64,000 bases of DNA from a virus. Both the position numbers and the translations under genes were made by a program. Under the pieces are notes generated by a model. The model was not told where the DNA came from, made no database searches, and saw nothing but the letters and a program-made list of their open reading frames with translations. The stretch spans positions 1 to 64,000 of the IMG/VR virus record IMGVR_UViG_3300032245_001466; one strand, given 5' to 3'. Shown piece by piece: positions 47,849-57,506 of this stretch (the first letter of the stretch is position 1; every line of letters begins with the position of its first letter).

Positions 47849-48045
47849 TCGGTGTCGTAGCGGTTCCATTCTTTGCGGGCGCGCAACTTCTTCATTTTTT
47901 GATCAATCTCTAACCTGGTGATGACGTCCTTGATGCATCGCTTACAGACCAGGAAAATAACCCGTTGCTCGTCTTCCTGCTCATAGATAGGACCCAGTTC
48001 CTGGCAGTAGTTGCACATCCCTATCTTTTGCTCTGATTTCGCCAT
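47839..48045 (-). CDS. Small zinc-finger protein
   Basis: CNYC..CKRC; stop overlaps the tRNA 5' end. Confidence 0.5.
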   Translation of the reverse strand: MAKSEQKIGMCNYCQELGPIYEQEDEQRVIFLVCKRCIKDVITRLEIDQKMKKLRARKEWNRYDTEGA

Positions 48046-48158
48046 ATGGGCCCCCGGAATAACTACGTGGTTAGCGCGAAAACCTAACGAATGAGCGTGA
48101 ACCTGCTCGAGAGGCATTCGGCCGGGGGGTGGCCCAGGTGTTTCCACCCCACCCCACC

Positions 48159-48554
48159 TCACGCAATAGTATCACCTTTTTCACCATCCGCAACCCCATC
48201 GCCACGATCCTCTGTGCTCAAACTGCGGAACGACCCCAAGATTTCCTCACCTGACGGCATCCCGTATAAATCCCCCACACGTAGGGTATCGATGGTGCCT
48301 TTCAGCCCCTTTATCATTGCGACCCGAAGATCCATATGATCGCTGTTCATACAGATCAACCCTGTGCGATTTCCGCCACACTCGCAGTCATTACGCTTTG
48401 CGATAGAGAGCACGGTGACATGGGAGAGGGAGCCCGCATTCCATAACTCCCATGCCTTCTCCAAAGAGATGATCTCTGCAAGATGGGCTTCCAGTGCGTT
48501 ATCAATCACTCCTTGCACCTCACTCACCCAAGAAGTCACGGATGAGCCATGCAC
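48159..48554 (-). CDS. Hypothetical protein
   Basis: ORF in minus-strand operon. Confidence 0.45.
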   Translation of the reverse strand: MHGSSVTSWVSEVQGVIDNALEAHLAEIISLEKAWELWNAGSLSHVTVLSIAKRNDCECGGNRTGLICMNSDHMDLRVAMIKGLKGTIDTLRVGDLYGMPSGEEILGSFRSLSTEDRGDGVADGEKGDTIA

Positions 48555-48735
48555 GTGCTGGGTGCTTGAGCTTCTTCAGTGCTCGCTGTTCAATCTGTCG
48601 CACGCGTTCACGAGAGATACGGAACTCTGCTGCGATCTCCTCCAATGTCCATGGACGACCTGTGCCAATGGTGAGATTCCCTGCGTCGTAGGTGCCTTGT
48701 TCGTCTTTTGTCACTGCTACCTTTTTGCGTCCCAT
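48520..48735 (-). CDS. Stand-alone sigma70 region-4 HTH protein
   Basis: TLEEIAAEFRISRERVRQIEQRALKKLKHP..LIRDFL closely matches RpoD/SigA region 4.2; AAGGAG RBS. Confidence 0.85.
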   Translation of the reverse strand: MGRKKVAVTKDEQGTYDAGNLTIGTGRPWTLEEIAAEFRISRERVRQIEQRALKKLKHPARAWLIRDFLGE

Positions 48736-48852
48736 GTGTTTCTCCTCTCCTTAGGTGCCCATGTGGGCGTGCCCCTCGCAGGCTCGGGTCGGGCTCTCGC
48801 CTCACGGTCAAGCCTCGCTGTCGCGAGTCTTGCCCCTACGGGCTTCGATCCC

Positions 48853-49329
48853 TCACGTGTCTGCTGGGAAATATCCGCTATTCCAACCGAACTTTCTGCT
48901 CTCAGGGATGATACCATCATGCACCATCTCTCGCGCAGCGACCATCGCTTGCGGGTATGAGTTTGCCACAGTCCACACCTCGGTGTCAAATAGGTCTGGT
49001 GTGTATTGCTTCATAAGCGCAAAGAAGCCCATCGCCCAATCCTTCGAGTGCGCCTCGTTCAGCCACACATGGGCCAACTCATGCAGCGCAATCAGGATGT
49101 CTGGCCGACAAAGCTGGACAGAGCGCTCCGAGAATGTCGTAAGCCCAAGAGGATGGTTGTCTTGTGGGTATCCGTCTCCATGGCGATGAAGCACTAACTC
49201 TGCGAGCGGGATGTCGTAGGAGGAGCAAGCGTCGGCAAGTGTTGCCACAACAGTATCCCACTCATCCAGATTTTCATACTCAATGCCGTCGCCAAAAGAG
49301 AGGAGGAACGGCAAGCCTTCAAGCGGCAC
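48853..49329 (-). CDS. HEXXH metallopeptidase-like protein
   Basis: ALHELAHV....HSKDW. Confidence 0.65.
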   Translation of the reverse strand: MPLEGLPFLLSFGDGIEYENLDEWDTVVATLADACSSYDIPLAELVLHRHGDGYPQDNHPLGLTTFSERSVQLCRPDILIALHELAHVWLNEAHSKDWAMGFFALMKQYTPDLFDTEVWTVANSYPQAMVAAREMVHDGIIPESRKFGWNSGYFPADT

Positions 49330-49332
49330 GAA

Positions 49333-49734
49333 TTAACTCTTAGGGAATTGTGGGAGCGGCAGGAGTGGTGAAACAATGCGCGCCCAGTGGTCTGTCGCCC
49401 GCTCGGTAGCGTCAAGATAGTTTGGCTCAAACGTCGACCAGCCAATCTTCCCCAGCGCCTCTTCTAGGTTCTCAACAACGCGATCGGTTCCGGCGTTGAC
49501 GATGTGTCCTAACTCGTGGCACAGCGTGACGCGTTGCTTCTCTGGGTCGTAAGAGAAAAAATCTTTTTGCAGTCGCATCTCAGCATAGCTTCTCTGGGGT
49601 GATACTTCAATGTCAGCGTCAGCATCTGGATCAGCAAAGTCGCGAGAGATGGCAATCTCCCAGTGCGAAATACCAAACACAATAGCGGCGGCGGTGACCC
49701 ACTCTTCAACAGCCTTAAACTTGTCTACCTTCAT
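49333..49734 (-). CDS. HEXXH metallopeptidase-like protein
   Basis: TLCHELGHI..E. Confidence 0.65.
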   Translation of the reverse strand: MKVDKFKAVEEWVTAAAIVFGISHWEIAISRDFADPDADADIEVSPQRSYAEMRLQKDFFSYDPEKQRVTLCHELGHIVNAGTDRVVENLEEALGKIGWSTFEPNYLDATERATDHWARIVSPLLPLPQFPKS

Positions 49735-49850
49735 TGCACACGCTCCGTACTACGCACCAGCATTGGGTGGGGGCAGAGCATAACAGCGGTGCATCTTCCG
49801 CCGCAATCTGTCATAATGCTGCCTATAACCACCATAGATAGGAGCCCCCC

Positions 49851-50153
49851 ATGATCATCAACCTTGAGTCGTCGACCCTCCAAGAGACCATCGGAACCGC
49901 CAGTGCCATTGTAGACTTTTGGGCGCCGTGGTGCAACCCATGCAAGGCAATCAATGCGGAGTTGGAAAAGGTTAATCAAACTCGACCAGACATCACGATT
50001 GTCAAGGTGAATGTGGATAACCATCAAGAACTGGTACGGGAATATCATATCAAATCAGTACCCACCGTCTTGTTTATTCGCGATGGCGGGGCACCCACCT
50101 CGGTGGCGGGACTGATCCGCGCCGAAGAAATGATCAAGAAGGTTAGCCGTTGA
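49851..50153 (+). CDS. Thioredoxin
   Basis: VDFWAPWCNPCK, KVNVD, SVPT. Confidence 0.92.
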   Translation: MIINLESSTLQETIGTASAIVDFWAPWCNPCKAINAELEKVNQTRPDITIVKVNVDNHQELVREYHIKSVPTVLFIRDGGAPTSVAGLIRAEEMIKKVSR

Positions 50154-50380
50154 AGCTCGTTGCGACAATCACCCTGCTTCCTGGGCGGGTGCAGGTATGG
50201 CGGGTTGACGCCAATGGAGAGGTGCATCTTGCCATTACCCCAGAAGAGGCGCTTGACGCAGTGCTCTCCGCTGCGACCGGTCGGTCAGTGAGTGTAAACT
50301 GGATTGGCGTCCCTCAGGACTTTGACCCGCCCGGATGGGATGGTCGCCTTGATCGTCTTCCACCAAACGCAATGGCGTGA
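50150..50380 (+). CDS. Hypothetical protein
   Basis: Overlapping start with thioredoxin stop. Confidence 0.4.
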   Translation: MKLVATITLLPGRVQVWRVDANGEVHLAITPEEALDAVLSAATGRSVSVNWIGVPQDFDPPGWDGRLDRLPPNAMA

Positions 50381-50832
50381 AATTTGTGCCCACACATCGG
50401 GCACTCAGTCTTTTTCTCGTCAAGGTCCATTGGGTCTGGCTCCATCGCCTGCCGAACCAGTCGGTCCATATCTTCAAGGTCATAGCCAGTAGAGTCAAGG
50501 AGCCCATCTACGGCGGACTCGTACACAACGCGCGCCAGGATTTCGTCGTCATAGCCACCAAGATCTGACGCTCGATTGTCGGCAAGAAGAATTGCCCTTG
50601 CCCGCTGATCGTCGACATCTGCCCATTGCACGGGGATCTCTTCAAGATTAAGAATGAGCGCGGCCTTAACTCGATGGTTTCCAACCAAGATTCTTCGCGT
50701 AGACTTTTGGCAAACGACTACGCCGTGCCAGCCATTCTTTTTGATTGACTCGACAATTGCCCCAACGTCACCCGAGCGCGGATTGTCTGGGTGCGGCTTT
50801 AGGGTTGCTGGTCGCTCTTGCGTGATTTCCAA
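50314..50832 (-). CDS. ParB/Srx N-terminal-domain protein
   Basis: LKPHPDNPR, ILVGNHR..A, LADNR; C-terminal CPMCG. Confidence 0.85.
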   Translation of the reverse strand: MEITQERPATLKPHPDNPRSGDVGAIVESIKKNGWHGVVVCQKSTRRILVGNHRVKAALILNLEEIPVQWADVDDQRARAILLADNRASDLGGYDDEILARVVYESAVDGLLDSTGYDLEDMDRLVRQAMEPDPMDLDEKKTECPMCGHKFHAIAFGGRRSRRPSHPGGSKS

Positions 50833-51530
50833 GCTTCACCCCCATCGTTGGGGAAGCCCTTATGCTTTCGGGCCTCAAAGATCATCTTGTCATATGTGTA
50901 TAGCCATGGCTGCTCGTTTCTCTCAAGCAATGGATCGCGAAATTCATTTGTGCCAATCCATTCGTGCTTAACAATATCATCAGAAATGTACGTCAATTTA
51001 CCAAGGGCATTGCCAACTTCGGTATACTCGTTGTCGGCAAAAAGAGATTTGTACCCAGGGTAGTATATATGACCAAAGCGTTCATAATACTTTCTCCCAG
51101 AGGCGACAATTGTGCAGTTATTGCTTCCGCCCATTGCATGATCATCCAGCCATAGCGCGCCGTCCGTGTCCGGATAGTGCTCAATTAGGCGAGAGAGCAT
51201 CATGTCATCATAGCCAAATGAGAGCGGGATCATGTCGTCCTGCCCATTGAAGACCATATCCCAGTCGTCGCTTGCCTTGTCCATGTCGGCGTTAATTGCC
51301 TCAATCTTTGTGGAAGAGTTTCCGTAGAAATATTTAAGATCCGTGCCGTTTGACTTAATGCGCTCAAGCTTTTCCTTCACGGCGTCGTTGTTCATTAGCT
51401 TGTCGTCTTCGTCCATAGAAATAAGAATCTCAATCTGATGTCGACCAGATGCCATGGCAATGTACTTTTCTAACGTCTTAAAGAAAAGCTCAGGGCGCTG
51501 TCTAGTTGGAAATTTAATAAGTAGTTTCAC
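50799..51530 (-). CDS. GT-A glycosyltransferase
   Basis: KFPTRQRP, KIEAIN, QDDMIP, YYPGYKSLFADNE, H. Confidence 0.75.
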   Translation of the reverse strand: MKLLIKFPTRQRPELFFKTLEKYIAMASGRHQIEILISMDEDDKLMNNDAVKEKLERIKSNGTDLKYFYGNSSTKIEAINADMDKASDDWDMVFNGQDDMIPLSFGYDDMMLSRLIEHYPDTDGALWLDDHAMGGSNNCTIVASGRKYYERFGHIYYPGYKSLFADNEYTEVGNALGKLTYISDDIVKHEWIGTNEFRDPLLERNEQPWLYTYDKMIFEARKHKGFPNDGGEAWKSRKSDQQP

Positions 51531-52114
51531 TTGATGTTCTTCAACAGTTCTGCCCGGAGTGCCAGCGGGAACTCATGGGACTGATAGTAATAATAAATCA
51601 CGCCATCCACCTTTCCTTCCGTCTTCAGATATTTCTGAAGATCCTTTGAGTATTGATGGTCCTCGCCATGATTAATCTCTTGGAACCGAACTTGCAGCGC
51701 ATACTCTCGCTTGATAGCGTTTAGGTGACTTGGCATGCGGTAGTCAATGCCCTCGCTTGTATACCAGCTTGTGTACTCGATTGAATGCCTAAAGAGCCGC
51801 TTGCTTCCGTCGCGCCAGTAAACATACCCATCGAGAGAAGCGCAGTCTGGGTTGCCCTCAAGGGCCGCCAAGACCTTTTCCACATAATCCTTGCTGATCA
51901 TGTCGTCATCGTCAATGAACGCGACGTAATCGCCGGTAGCACCCTCAAGCAGCGTGTTCCTCTTGGCCCCAATGGTCTGCTCCCCATTGTCGGGGAGGAT
52001 GAGCATCTCAACGTCAGTTGTCAGTTGATTGACAATTTCTGACGTAATTTGCTCACAAATTTTTGAGCGCTCATGCAGCGTTGGGATTAAGAGCGAAAGC
52101 CGCTTGTGACCCAT
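51527..52114 (-). CDS. Glycosyltransferase family 2
   Basis: LSLLIPT, IGAKRN, GDYVAFIDDDD, GED. Confidence 0.9.
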   Translation of the reverse strand: MGHKRLSLLIPTLHERSKICEQITSEIVNQLTTDVEMLILPDNGEQTIGAKRNTLLEGATGDYVAFIDDDDMISKDYVEKVLAALEGNPDCASLDGYVYWRDGSKRLFRHSIEYTSWYTSEGIDYRMPSHLNAIKREYALQVRFQEINHGEDHQYSKDLQKYLKTEGKVDGVIYYYYQSHEFPLALRAELLKNIK

Positions 52115-53100
52115 TACTCCGATCCCCGCTTCTTCTTCTCTACCTGCTCAAATACCCATGCATACGTTTTTTCTAAGCCGCTGCGCAAAGAGATAGACGG
52201 CTGCCAACCAAGGCGCTCCTGAATCATGGTGTTGTCGCTGTTTCTTCCGCGAACGCCCTTTGGCGCATCAAGGTTGTATTGCCGCTCAAGTTTTATCCCC
52301 GCAATGTCTTCCACAATAGAAACCAGTTGATTAATCGAAACCAACTCAGACGACCCAAGGTTTAGCGGATCATGAATGTCCGACTGCATAATGCGAATCG
52401 TCCCCTGGACACAATCGTCAATGTACATAAATGATCGCGTCTGTTCGCCATCGCCCCAAATCTCAATTTCATGCTTTCTACCAATGACCGCCTCTGCAAC
52501 TTTTCGACAAATAGCGGCGGGGGCTTTTTCTCTTCCGCCAATCCACGTTCCATTTGGTCCGTATACATTGTGATATCGAGCAATGCGAGTCTCAAGTTTA
52601 AAGTCTTCGTAAAAGTGTCGGGCCATGCGCTCAGAAAAAAGTTTCTCCCAGCCATAGCCGTCCTCTGCCATTGCGGGATAGGCATCAGACTCTTTTAGCG
52701 CGGTGACATTGGGGTCAATCTGCTTATCTGCCGCATACACACAGGCGCTGGAAGAATAGAAAAATCGTTTAACGTTTGCTTTTCGGGCAGCAACCAACAT
52801 GTTGGTGCTAGTTAAGACGGAAAGCATGCAGGCGGCTTTGTTGTGTTCAATAAAACCCATACCGCCCATGTCGGCGGCAAGATTGTACACCTCGTCCATG
52901 CCAAGCGCTGACATATTGGCATACTCCGCAATAGAAAGATTTGTCTCACCATGCGACTTTGCCGTTGGGGAAATTTGCTCCCACTCCGAGAGCGGCTTTT
53001 TATCCACGGCAAAAACTTGGCCCTCATCGCGACGCACAAGTTCACGAACAAGCCACCCGCCAATAAAGCCACCCGCACCCGTAACAAGAATTCGCTTCAT
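52114..53100 (-). CDS. NAD-dependent sugar epimerase (GDP-mannose 3,5-epimerase-like)
   Basis: TGAGGFIGG, NLAADMGGMGFI, SSSACVY, YGWEK, GREKAPAAICRK. Confidence 0.92.
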   Translation of the reverse strand: MKRILVTGAGGFIGGWLVRELVRRDEGQVFAVDKKPLSEWEQISPTAKSHGETNLSIAEYANMSALGMDEVYNLAADMGGMGFIEHNKAACMLSVLTSTNMLVAARKANVKRFFYSSSACVYAADKQIDPNVTALKESDAYPAMAEDGYGWEKLFSERMARHFYEDFKLETRIARYHNVYGPNGTWIGGREKAPAAICRKVAEAVIGRKHEIEIWGDGEQTRSFMYIDDCVQGTIRIMQSDIHDPLNLGSSELVSINQLVSIVEDIAGIKLERQYNLDAPKGVRGRNSDNTMIQERLGWQPSISLRSGLEKTYAWVFEQVEKKKRGSE

Positions 53101-53147
53101 GGGGGGAGTATACACAACCTTTGGATATTGCCAGGGTTGTTTGTGTT

Positions 53148-53450
53148 TTAGCCTGTGCCAAGCATACTTTGTAACTTTTTTCTGTCGCGTTTTCTTCTCT
53201 GACGCTCGGCCATCTTTGCCTTCCATACCGGGTCCCCTTTACGGCGTTGCCAGCGGAGGCGCTGTTTTTCCGCCGCCCTTGCCCTCTGCTCTGGGGTTCT
53301 TACCCTGCTTGGGTCTCGATCGTGCTGCGCTTTTTTTACTTCGTATTTGCAGGCCTTACAGTTTTTGTCCGTACTTTTTTGATAAAAATCCGCAGAGTCT
53401 GGCCAGTTCTCGCCACATCGACCGCACGTTTTTACATCAACCCAAGCCAT
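53148..53450 (-). CDS. Basic zinc-finger protein
   Basis: KTCGRC..CKAC with basic tail. Confidence 0.55.
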   Translation of the reverse strand: MAWVDVKTCGRCGENWPDSADFYQKSTDKNCKACKYEVKKAQHDRDPSRVRTPEQRARAAEKQRLRWQRRKGDPVWKAKMAERQRRKRDRKKLQSMLGTG

Positions 53451-53463
53451 TCCCGAACCCCAC

Positions 53464-54183
53464 CTACGGAAGATATTCTACCGTGATCCAGTTGCTTCCC
53501 CACTGCGCGCCCGTTAATGCATTTCGGTAGTATCTCTTGCCGTTTATGTAATACGTTTCTCGCCCCATCTCGGCCCACGCCTCTGGGCTTAAGTCTACCA
53601 AAGGACGAATCTTTTTGCCATCAGAAACCACGTATCCACTACACTCGCATGAATCAGCAACCCAGACAACAACACGAATACCTGTCTCCAGGGATGTGAT
53701 TCTAAGTTTGTGAGCCGGAACCGTGTGGTGTCTTGGAATTTGCTTCGCAATGATGCTTCGCAAATATGGCCCAAGCGCTGCATAAAGATTTTCTGTTGTT
53801 GAGGTCCATTTCCTTCGATACTGAATCCATCCGCCCATATTAACAGCGCGACACTTCCATTGCGGGTTTTTTGCACATGACTTTTTTGTCTCAACGAGAT
53901 ATCCATTTCTGCCGGGCTTACCTTTTCTGCTAAGCGAATACCACGCCTGGACGTTACCAGCATAAAAAGCGTCATAAGTTGTCGCGTATCCAGTAACTGA
54001 TTCAGAAAAAATCCACTCAAGTGGCTCCGAACATTCCGGCAGTTGCCTATCTACCCCAGCGCATTCTGCCTTCGTAATCTGAAAATTAATTGGCTGTTTT
54101 GGCTCGACCAAAATCGTCGTCGGGAGAGCCAGCGACGCAATGACGATTGCGGAAACTACAAGGCGCAAAAGCCTTAGCTGCAA
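53464..54183 (-). CDS. Secreted RlpA-like double-psi beta-barrel protein (possible cell-wall enzyme)
   Basis: Signal peptide; G.AT.Y, V.V.DSC.C, VDLSPEAW. Confidence 0.55.
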   Translation of the reverse strand: MQLRLLRLVVSAIVIASLALPTTILVEPKQPINFQITKAECAGVDRQLPECSEPLEWIFSESVTGYATTYDAFYAGNVQAWYSLSRKGKPGRNGYLVETKKSCAKNPQWKCRAVNMGGWIQYRRKWTSTTENLYAALGPYLRSIIAKQIPRHHTVPAHKLRITSLETGIRVVVWVADSCECSGYVVSDGKKIRPLVDLSPEAWAEMGRETYYINGKRYYRNALTGAQWGSNWITVEYLP

Positions 54184-54392
54184 ATCCCGATACCACGACG
54201 AGTCATCTCCTCGTCAACAAGTGCGATGCCACCCATCGCGCTGGCAATGTAGCGAAGGCGATCTTTTTCGCTTCGATCCTCAAGATACGCTACCCAGCTA
54301 AACATTAGCGATCTTCTTTCTGCTGCGCGAATCAGATCGCTGTCGCTCATTTTTGAGAAATCTTTTCTAGGCTTATGCCTATGCTTTGCCAC
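54174..54392 (-). CDS. Hypothetical protein
   Basis: GAGG RBS before GTG. Confidence 0.5.
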   Translation of the reverse strand: MAKHRHKPRKDFSKMSDSDLIRAAERRSLMFSWVAYLEDRSEKDRLRYIASAMGGIALVDEEMTRRGIGICS

Positions 54393-54711
54393 GCTTTTCC
54401 TCCTCTTCGTAAAAAGCAAGCCAAACGCAAAGCGCCATTGCTTTGCACTGTGCGGCAATGCCTTGCTTTTGATTGTATTCATCAGGGTTTACTTCTAACA
54501 CATCACAAAGCGCCTGAAGAAATTCTTTATGCCAAATGCCATACGAAACAACTGGCTCTGACTGATGTGGGCGGACCAACTGGTCAACAAAACTTTTTGG
54601 CCACCCACCGTCAATGTAGAACGATGGGTCAACAACTTCTCGCCAGTTGTCACCGACGGTTAGTTGCGCCTTGGTCTCACGCATAATTTGCAGTGCTTCC
54701 GACCTAGTCAT
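54379..54711 (-). CDS. Hypothetical protein
   Basis: ORF downstream of tRNA-Arg. Confidence 0.55.
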   Translation of the reverse strand: MTRSEALQIMRETKAQLTVGDNWREVVDPSFYIDGGWPKSFVDQLVRPHQSEPVVSYGIWHKEFLQALCDVLEVNPDEYNQKQGIAAQCKAMALCVWLAFYEEEEKRGKA

Positions 54712-54733
54712 GATGCGAGTATAGCAGAAATCG

Positions 54734-54809
54734 TGGCGCCGCCGACAGGAATCGAACCTGCGACTAACTGCTTAGAAGGCAGCTGCTCTATCCACTGAGC
54801 TACGGCGGC
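54734..54809 (-). tRNA. tRNA-Arg(UCU)
   Basis: Cloverleaf GCCGCCG..CGGCGGC-G-CCA; anticodon loop CT-TCT-AA. Confidence 0.93.
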
Positions 54810-54814
54810 GAAGA

Positions 54815-55165
54815 TTACCGCTTCCCCTTGCTCACCAGTTCGTATGCCGCACTGCCAATCAAGAAGTGACTTACGCCCAACTCTTTTGCAATGCGGCCAA
54901 TGGGCTTTTTATTTTTTGCTGCGGATTCAACCGCTCGCAAAAGATTCTCATCAACCTTCTTTGACTTAAATGTTTGTCGGTTGCGATTACTTCCGTAAGA
55001 CTCCACCTCTGAGCGAACGTACATGATCCGCGGACGCCCACCGTTAGGTCCTTGGCCGGCGTTAAACTTCTGCCACCCATAGCGTCGAGCGGCCTGTACT
55101 GCCGCAGAATACGAGACTCCAAGAATCTCTGCCGCTTCGGAAATCGAAACGTGCTCTGTCTTCAT
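54815..55165 (-). CDS. HTH DNA-binding protein
   Basis: SISEAAEILGVS..; second HTH IAKELGVS; TTGACA-N18-TATAGT promoter at 55206-55235. Confidence 0.7.
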   Translation of the reverse strand: MKTEHVSISEAAEILGVSYSAAVQAARRYGWQKFNAGQGPNGGRPRIMYVRSEVESYGSNRNRQTFKSKKVDENLLRAVESAAKNKKPIGRIAKELGVSHFLIGSAAYELVSKGKR

Positions 55166-55309
55166 TTTCTCCTTCTTTCCCCAAGTCATCTTCGCTTGGA
55201 CAACCACTATACGCGACCCACAATGAGGCTGTCAAGTTGGCGATCAAAGTAAGACATCACTCAAAATGCGTCAACGGGGGAAAAAGGGTAGGGATAAAGG
55301 GGGAAATAG

Positions 55310-55566
55310 GATTACGAAGGTATCTTAAGAACATGAGGTATGAAATACCGAATGTTCTTGAGATACCGTAGTAATCGGGTACAGTATCCCGAGAGTTCCT
55401 GAGGTACGTAGTACCGAAGGAACTAGAGGGATAGCTGTACCCGGAAGTTAACGGTATTTCTAAGAGTACATAATACTTAAGTACCGTTATACCTAAGAAC
55501 CATATTGTTCCTGTTACCTGAGAACAATAGAGAGGATTGTACAGGTGGAAATTGACTTGTCAAGTC
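55310..55566. repeat. Non-coding region of degenerate short repeats (origin-like)
   Basis: Recurrent GTTC(C/T)TGAG / ACCT(A/G)AGAAC / GTACCG motifs; GACTTG-T-CAAGTC palindrome. Confidence 0.5.
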
Positions 55567-55776
55567 CAGACACACAAACTGCCGAGCAGTCGCCTGAAGA
55601 TATTATATTAACTTGCGCAAATTGTGGAAAAAAGATGGAAGAGCGAAAATGCAAGTTGATTTGCGAGTGCGGCTATTACGCGTCGTGTTCTGACTACTAT
55701 TAAATTTGCGGCAAAGGGAGAAATGTTGTAGGCTATCCACAAGCAGGTAAATACCCCTGCAAAAAGTGGAGGAGCA

Positions 55777-56145
55777 ATGAATCAAGGGCAAGGCGTTGTT
55801 GACCAAATTATTGTTCAACAAGTTTTAATGCATCGAGCGCCAGCGGGTGTTTCAAGTATTTCTGGAGCTTGTCGCGCACTTGCGTCAGATTACGGAATTA
55901 CTCCGGAAACTATGCGGACGTATGCCCACAAGGGTGTTCCTGGGAAGTCAAAAATTGCAAGAAGGATCTTGATGGAATTTTCCGAAGTTGAAGCAAGTCA
56001 ACATTCCGCCGTCGTTAAAGTTTCTGCGAGCAAAGAAAACCTTATAAAATCAATTGAAGAAATTACGCAAGCGTTTGAATCCTCAGCAGAAACGCTTCGC
56101 GCATTGAAAAAAACCGTTGCAGAAGAAATTGGAGTTTCAAAGTGA
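55777..56145 (+). CDS. Putative HTH protein
   Basis: GGAGG RBS; LASDYGITPETMRTY. Confidence 0.6.
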   Translation: MNQGQGVVDQIIVQQVLMHRAPAGVSSISGACRALASDYGITPETMRTYAHKGVPGKSKIARRILMEFSEVEASQHSAVVKVSASKENLIKSIEEITQAFESSAETLRALKKTVAEEIGVSK

Positions 56146-56822
56146 TTATTGACGATCTTATCCCACTTGCCACGCCCATTGAAGGGCTAAAGCCATGGGG
56201 GAAAAACCCACGGCGGGGAAACGTTGACGCCATTGCGCGCTCGCTTGCAAAGTTTGGACAGCGACGACCAATTGTTGTTCGCAAAAGCACAAACGAAGTT
56301 ATTGCGGGAAACCACACGCTTCAGGCAGCGCAGCAACTTGGCTGGAAGCAAATTGCCGTAGTTTGGGTGCAGGACGACGACCAAACTGCGACCGCCTTTG
56401 CTCTTGCTGACAACCGCACGCAAGACCTTGGTTTCTACGACGAAGATTTGCTTGAAGAGTTGATTAACAGCATTAACGAGCAGGACTTGTTCCTAGCAAC
56501 TGGGTATTCCGAAGAAGAGCCAGAGTTAGATTTTTCTAGCGGCACACAGACCGCAACCGTTCCGCAAATTCCGCAAATTTCTGACCCAAACGCAATGCGA
56601 ACGGAATTTGTCGAGGGCCTTGACGGGAGCATTTCTCAGCGACCAGCGCCACCGCTTGACCCCAATATGGCAATGCTGGTAAAGATTGGTGGCATTGAGC
56701 TACGCCTTGCAAGGGAAGAGGCAGAACCGCTGGTTATGGCGTATCGCAGGTACGTTGAAAAGAAGGGAACATCAACGGGATTCTTCCTTTGGCTGGTTGA
56801 GGGGAAAGATATCCCCGAGTAA
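56142..56822 (+). CDS. ParB/Srx N-terminal-domain protein
   Basis: LKPWGKNPR, FGQ..PIVV, VIAGNH, ALADNR. Confidence 0.88.
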   Translation: MIIDDLIPLATPIEGLKPWGKNPRRGNVDAIARSLAKFGQRRPIVVRKSTNEVIAGNHTLQAAQQLGWKQIAVVWVQDDDQTATAFALADNRTQDLGFYDEDLLEELINSINEQDLFLATGYSEEEPELDFSSGTQTATVPQIPQISDPNAMRTEFVEGLDGSISQRPAPPLDPNMAMLVKIGGIELRLAREEAEPLVMAYRRYVEKKGTSTGFFLWLVEGKDIPE

Positions 56823-56964
56823 GGAAGTGGCCGCCGAGGGGAAAAGGAGGAAACCCCAAGGCGGCCAGGGCCAAAGACCCTACCGGCATAGGCCGGTTGG
56901 TCAATAATGCCAGATTGTTTTTATTTTTGCCATAAATTTACTTTTTCTGTGTTATGCTTTTTTT

Positions 56965-57174
56965 ATGGCAGGTAAGACAGCGGTCAAGAAGCAATCCGGC
57001 CCACCCTCAAAGGTGGCGATGTCTTCGCGCGTCTGTAATGAGTGCGGCTCCCGCCTGATGAGCAATGCCATTTTCTGCTACAAGGAGATTGCCTTTAGTG
57101 GGGCGTCGGCATCAGCCAGAATGCGCTATACTTGCAAGGAACATGCAAAGAGAACAGAAGCAGGAAGAAAGTAA
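56965..57174 (+). CDS. Small zinc-finger protein
   Basis: CNEC..CKEH. Confidence 0.5.
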   Translation: MAGKTAVKKQSGPPSKVAMSSRVCNECGSRLMSNAIFCYKEIAFSGASASARMRYTCKEHAKRTEAGRK

Positions 57175-57314
57175 CCCAAGAAACCAGCGGTGTGGCGTTT
57201 GCCATATGCGCAAAAGTTCTTGCATTAACGTTGGTTACGACGATGGGAGCGGATGGGGAAACCGCATGGTTTGCTCTGAATGCTTCCCAATGATTTTCAA
57301 AAAGGGGAAGAAAG

Positions 57315-57506
57315 ATGGATCAGGTATTACTAGGTAAAATCATCATTGGTTGGCTGTTTTTGCTGACCATATTCCACGCTACAATGTTTGTTCAGGTTTA
57401 TAGGCGGTCAAATGAGCCGGGTGGAGGGCTTGCTGTTACCGTTGCTGGGGCCGTTTTCTTTGGCAGCCTGTTGGCGATGCTTTGGATTGCGCGGAACAAC
57501 GTATGA
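57315..57506 (+). CDS. Small two-TM membrane protein
   Basis: Two hydrophobic helices. Confidence 0.55.
   Translation: MDQVLLGKIIIGWLFLLTIFHATMFVQVYRRSNEPGGGLAVTVAGAVFFGSLLAMLWIARNNV

Noticed and set aside
52114-53226. 370-aa version of the epimerase
   Set aside because: The Rossmann motif begins at Met 53100; the extension overlaps the upstream gene
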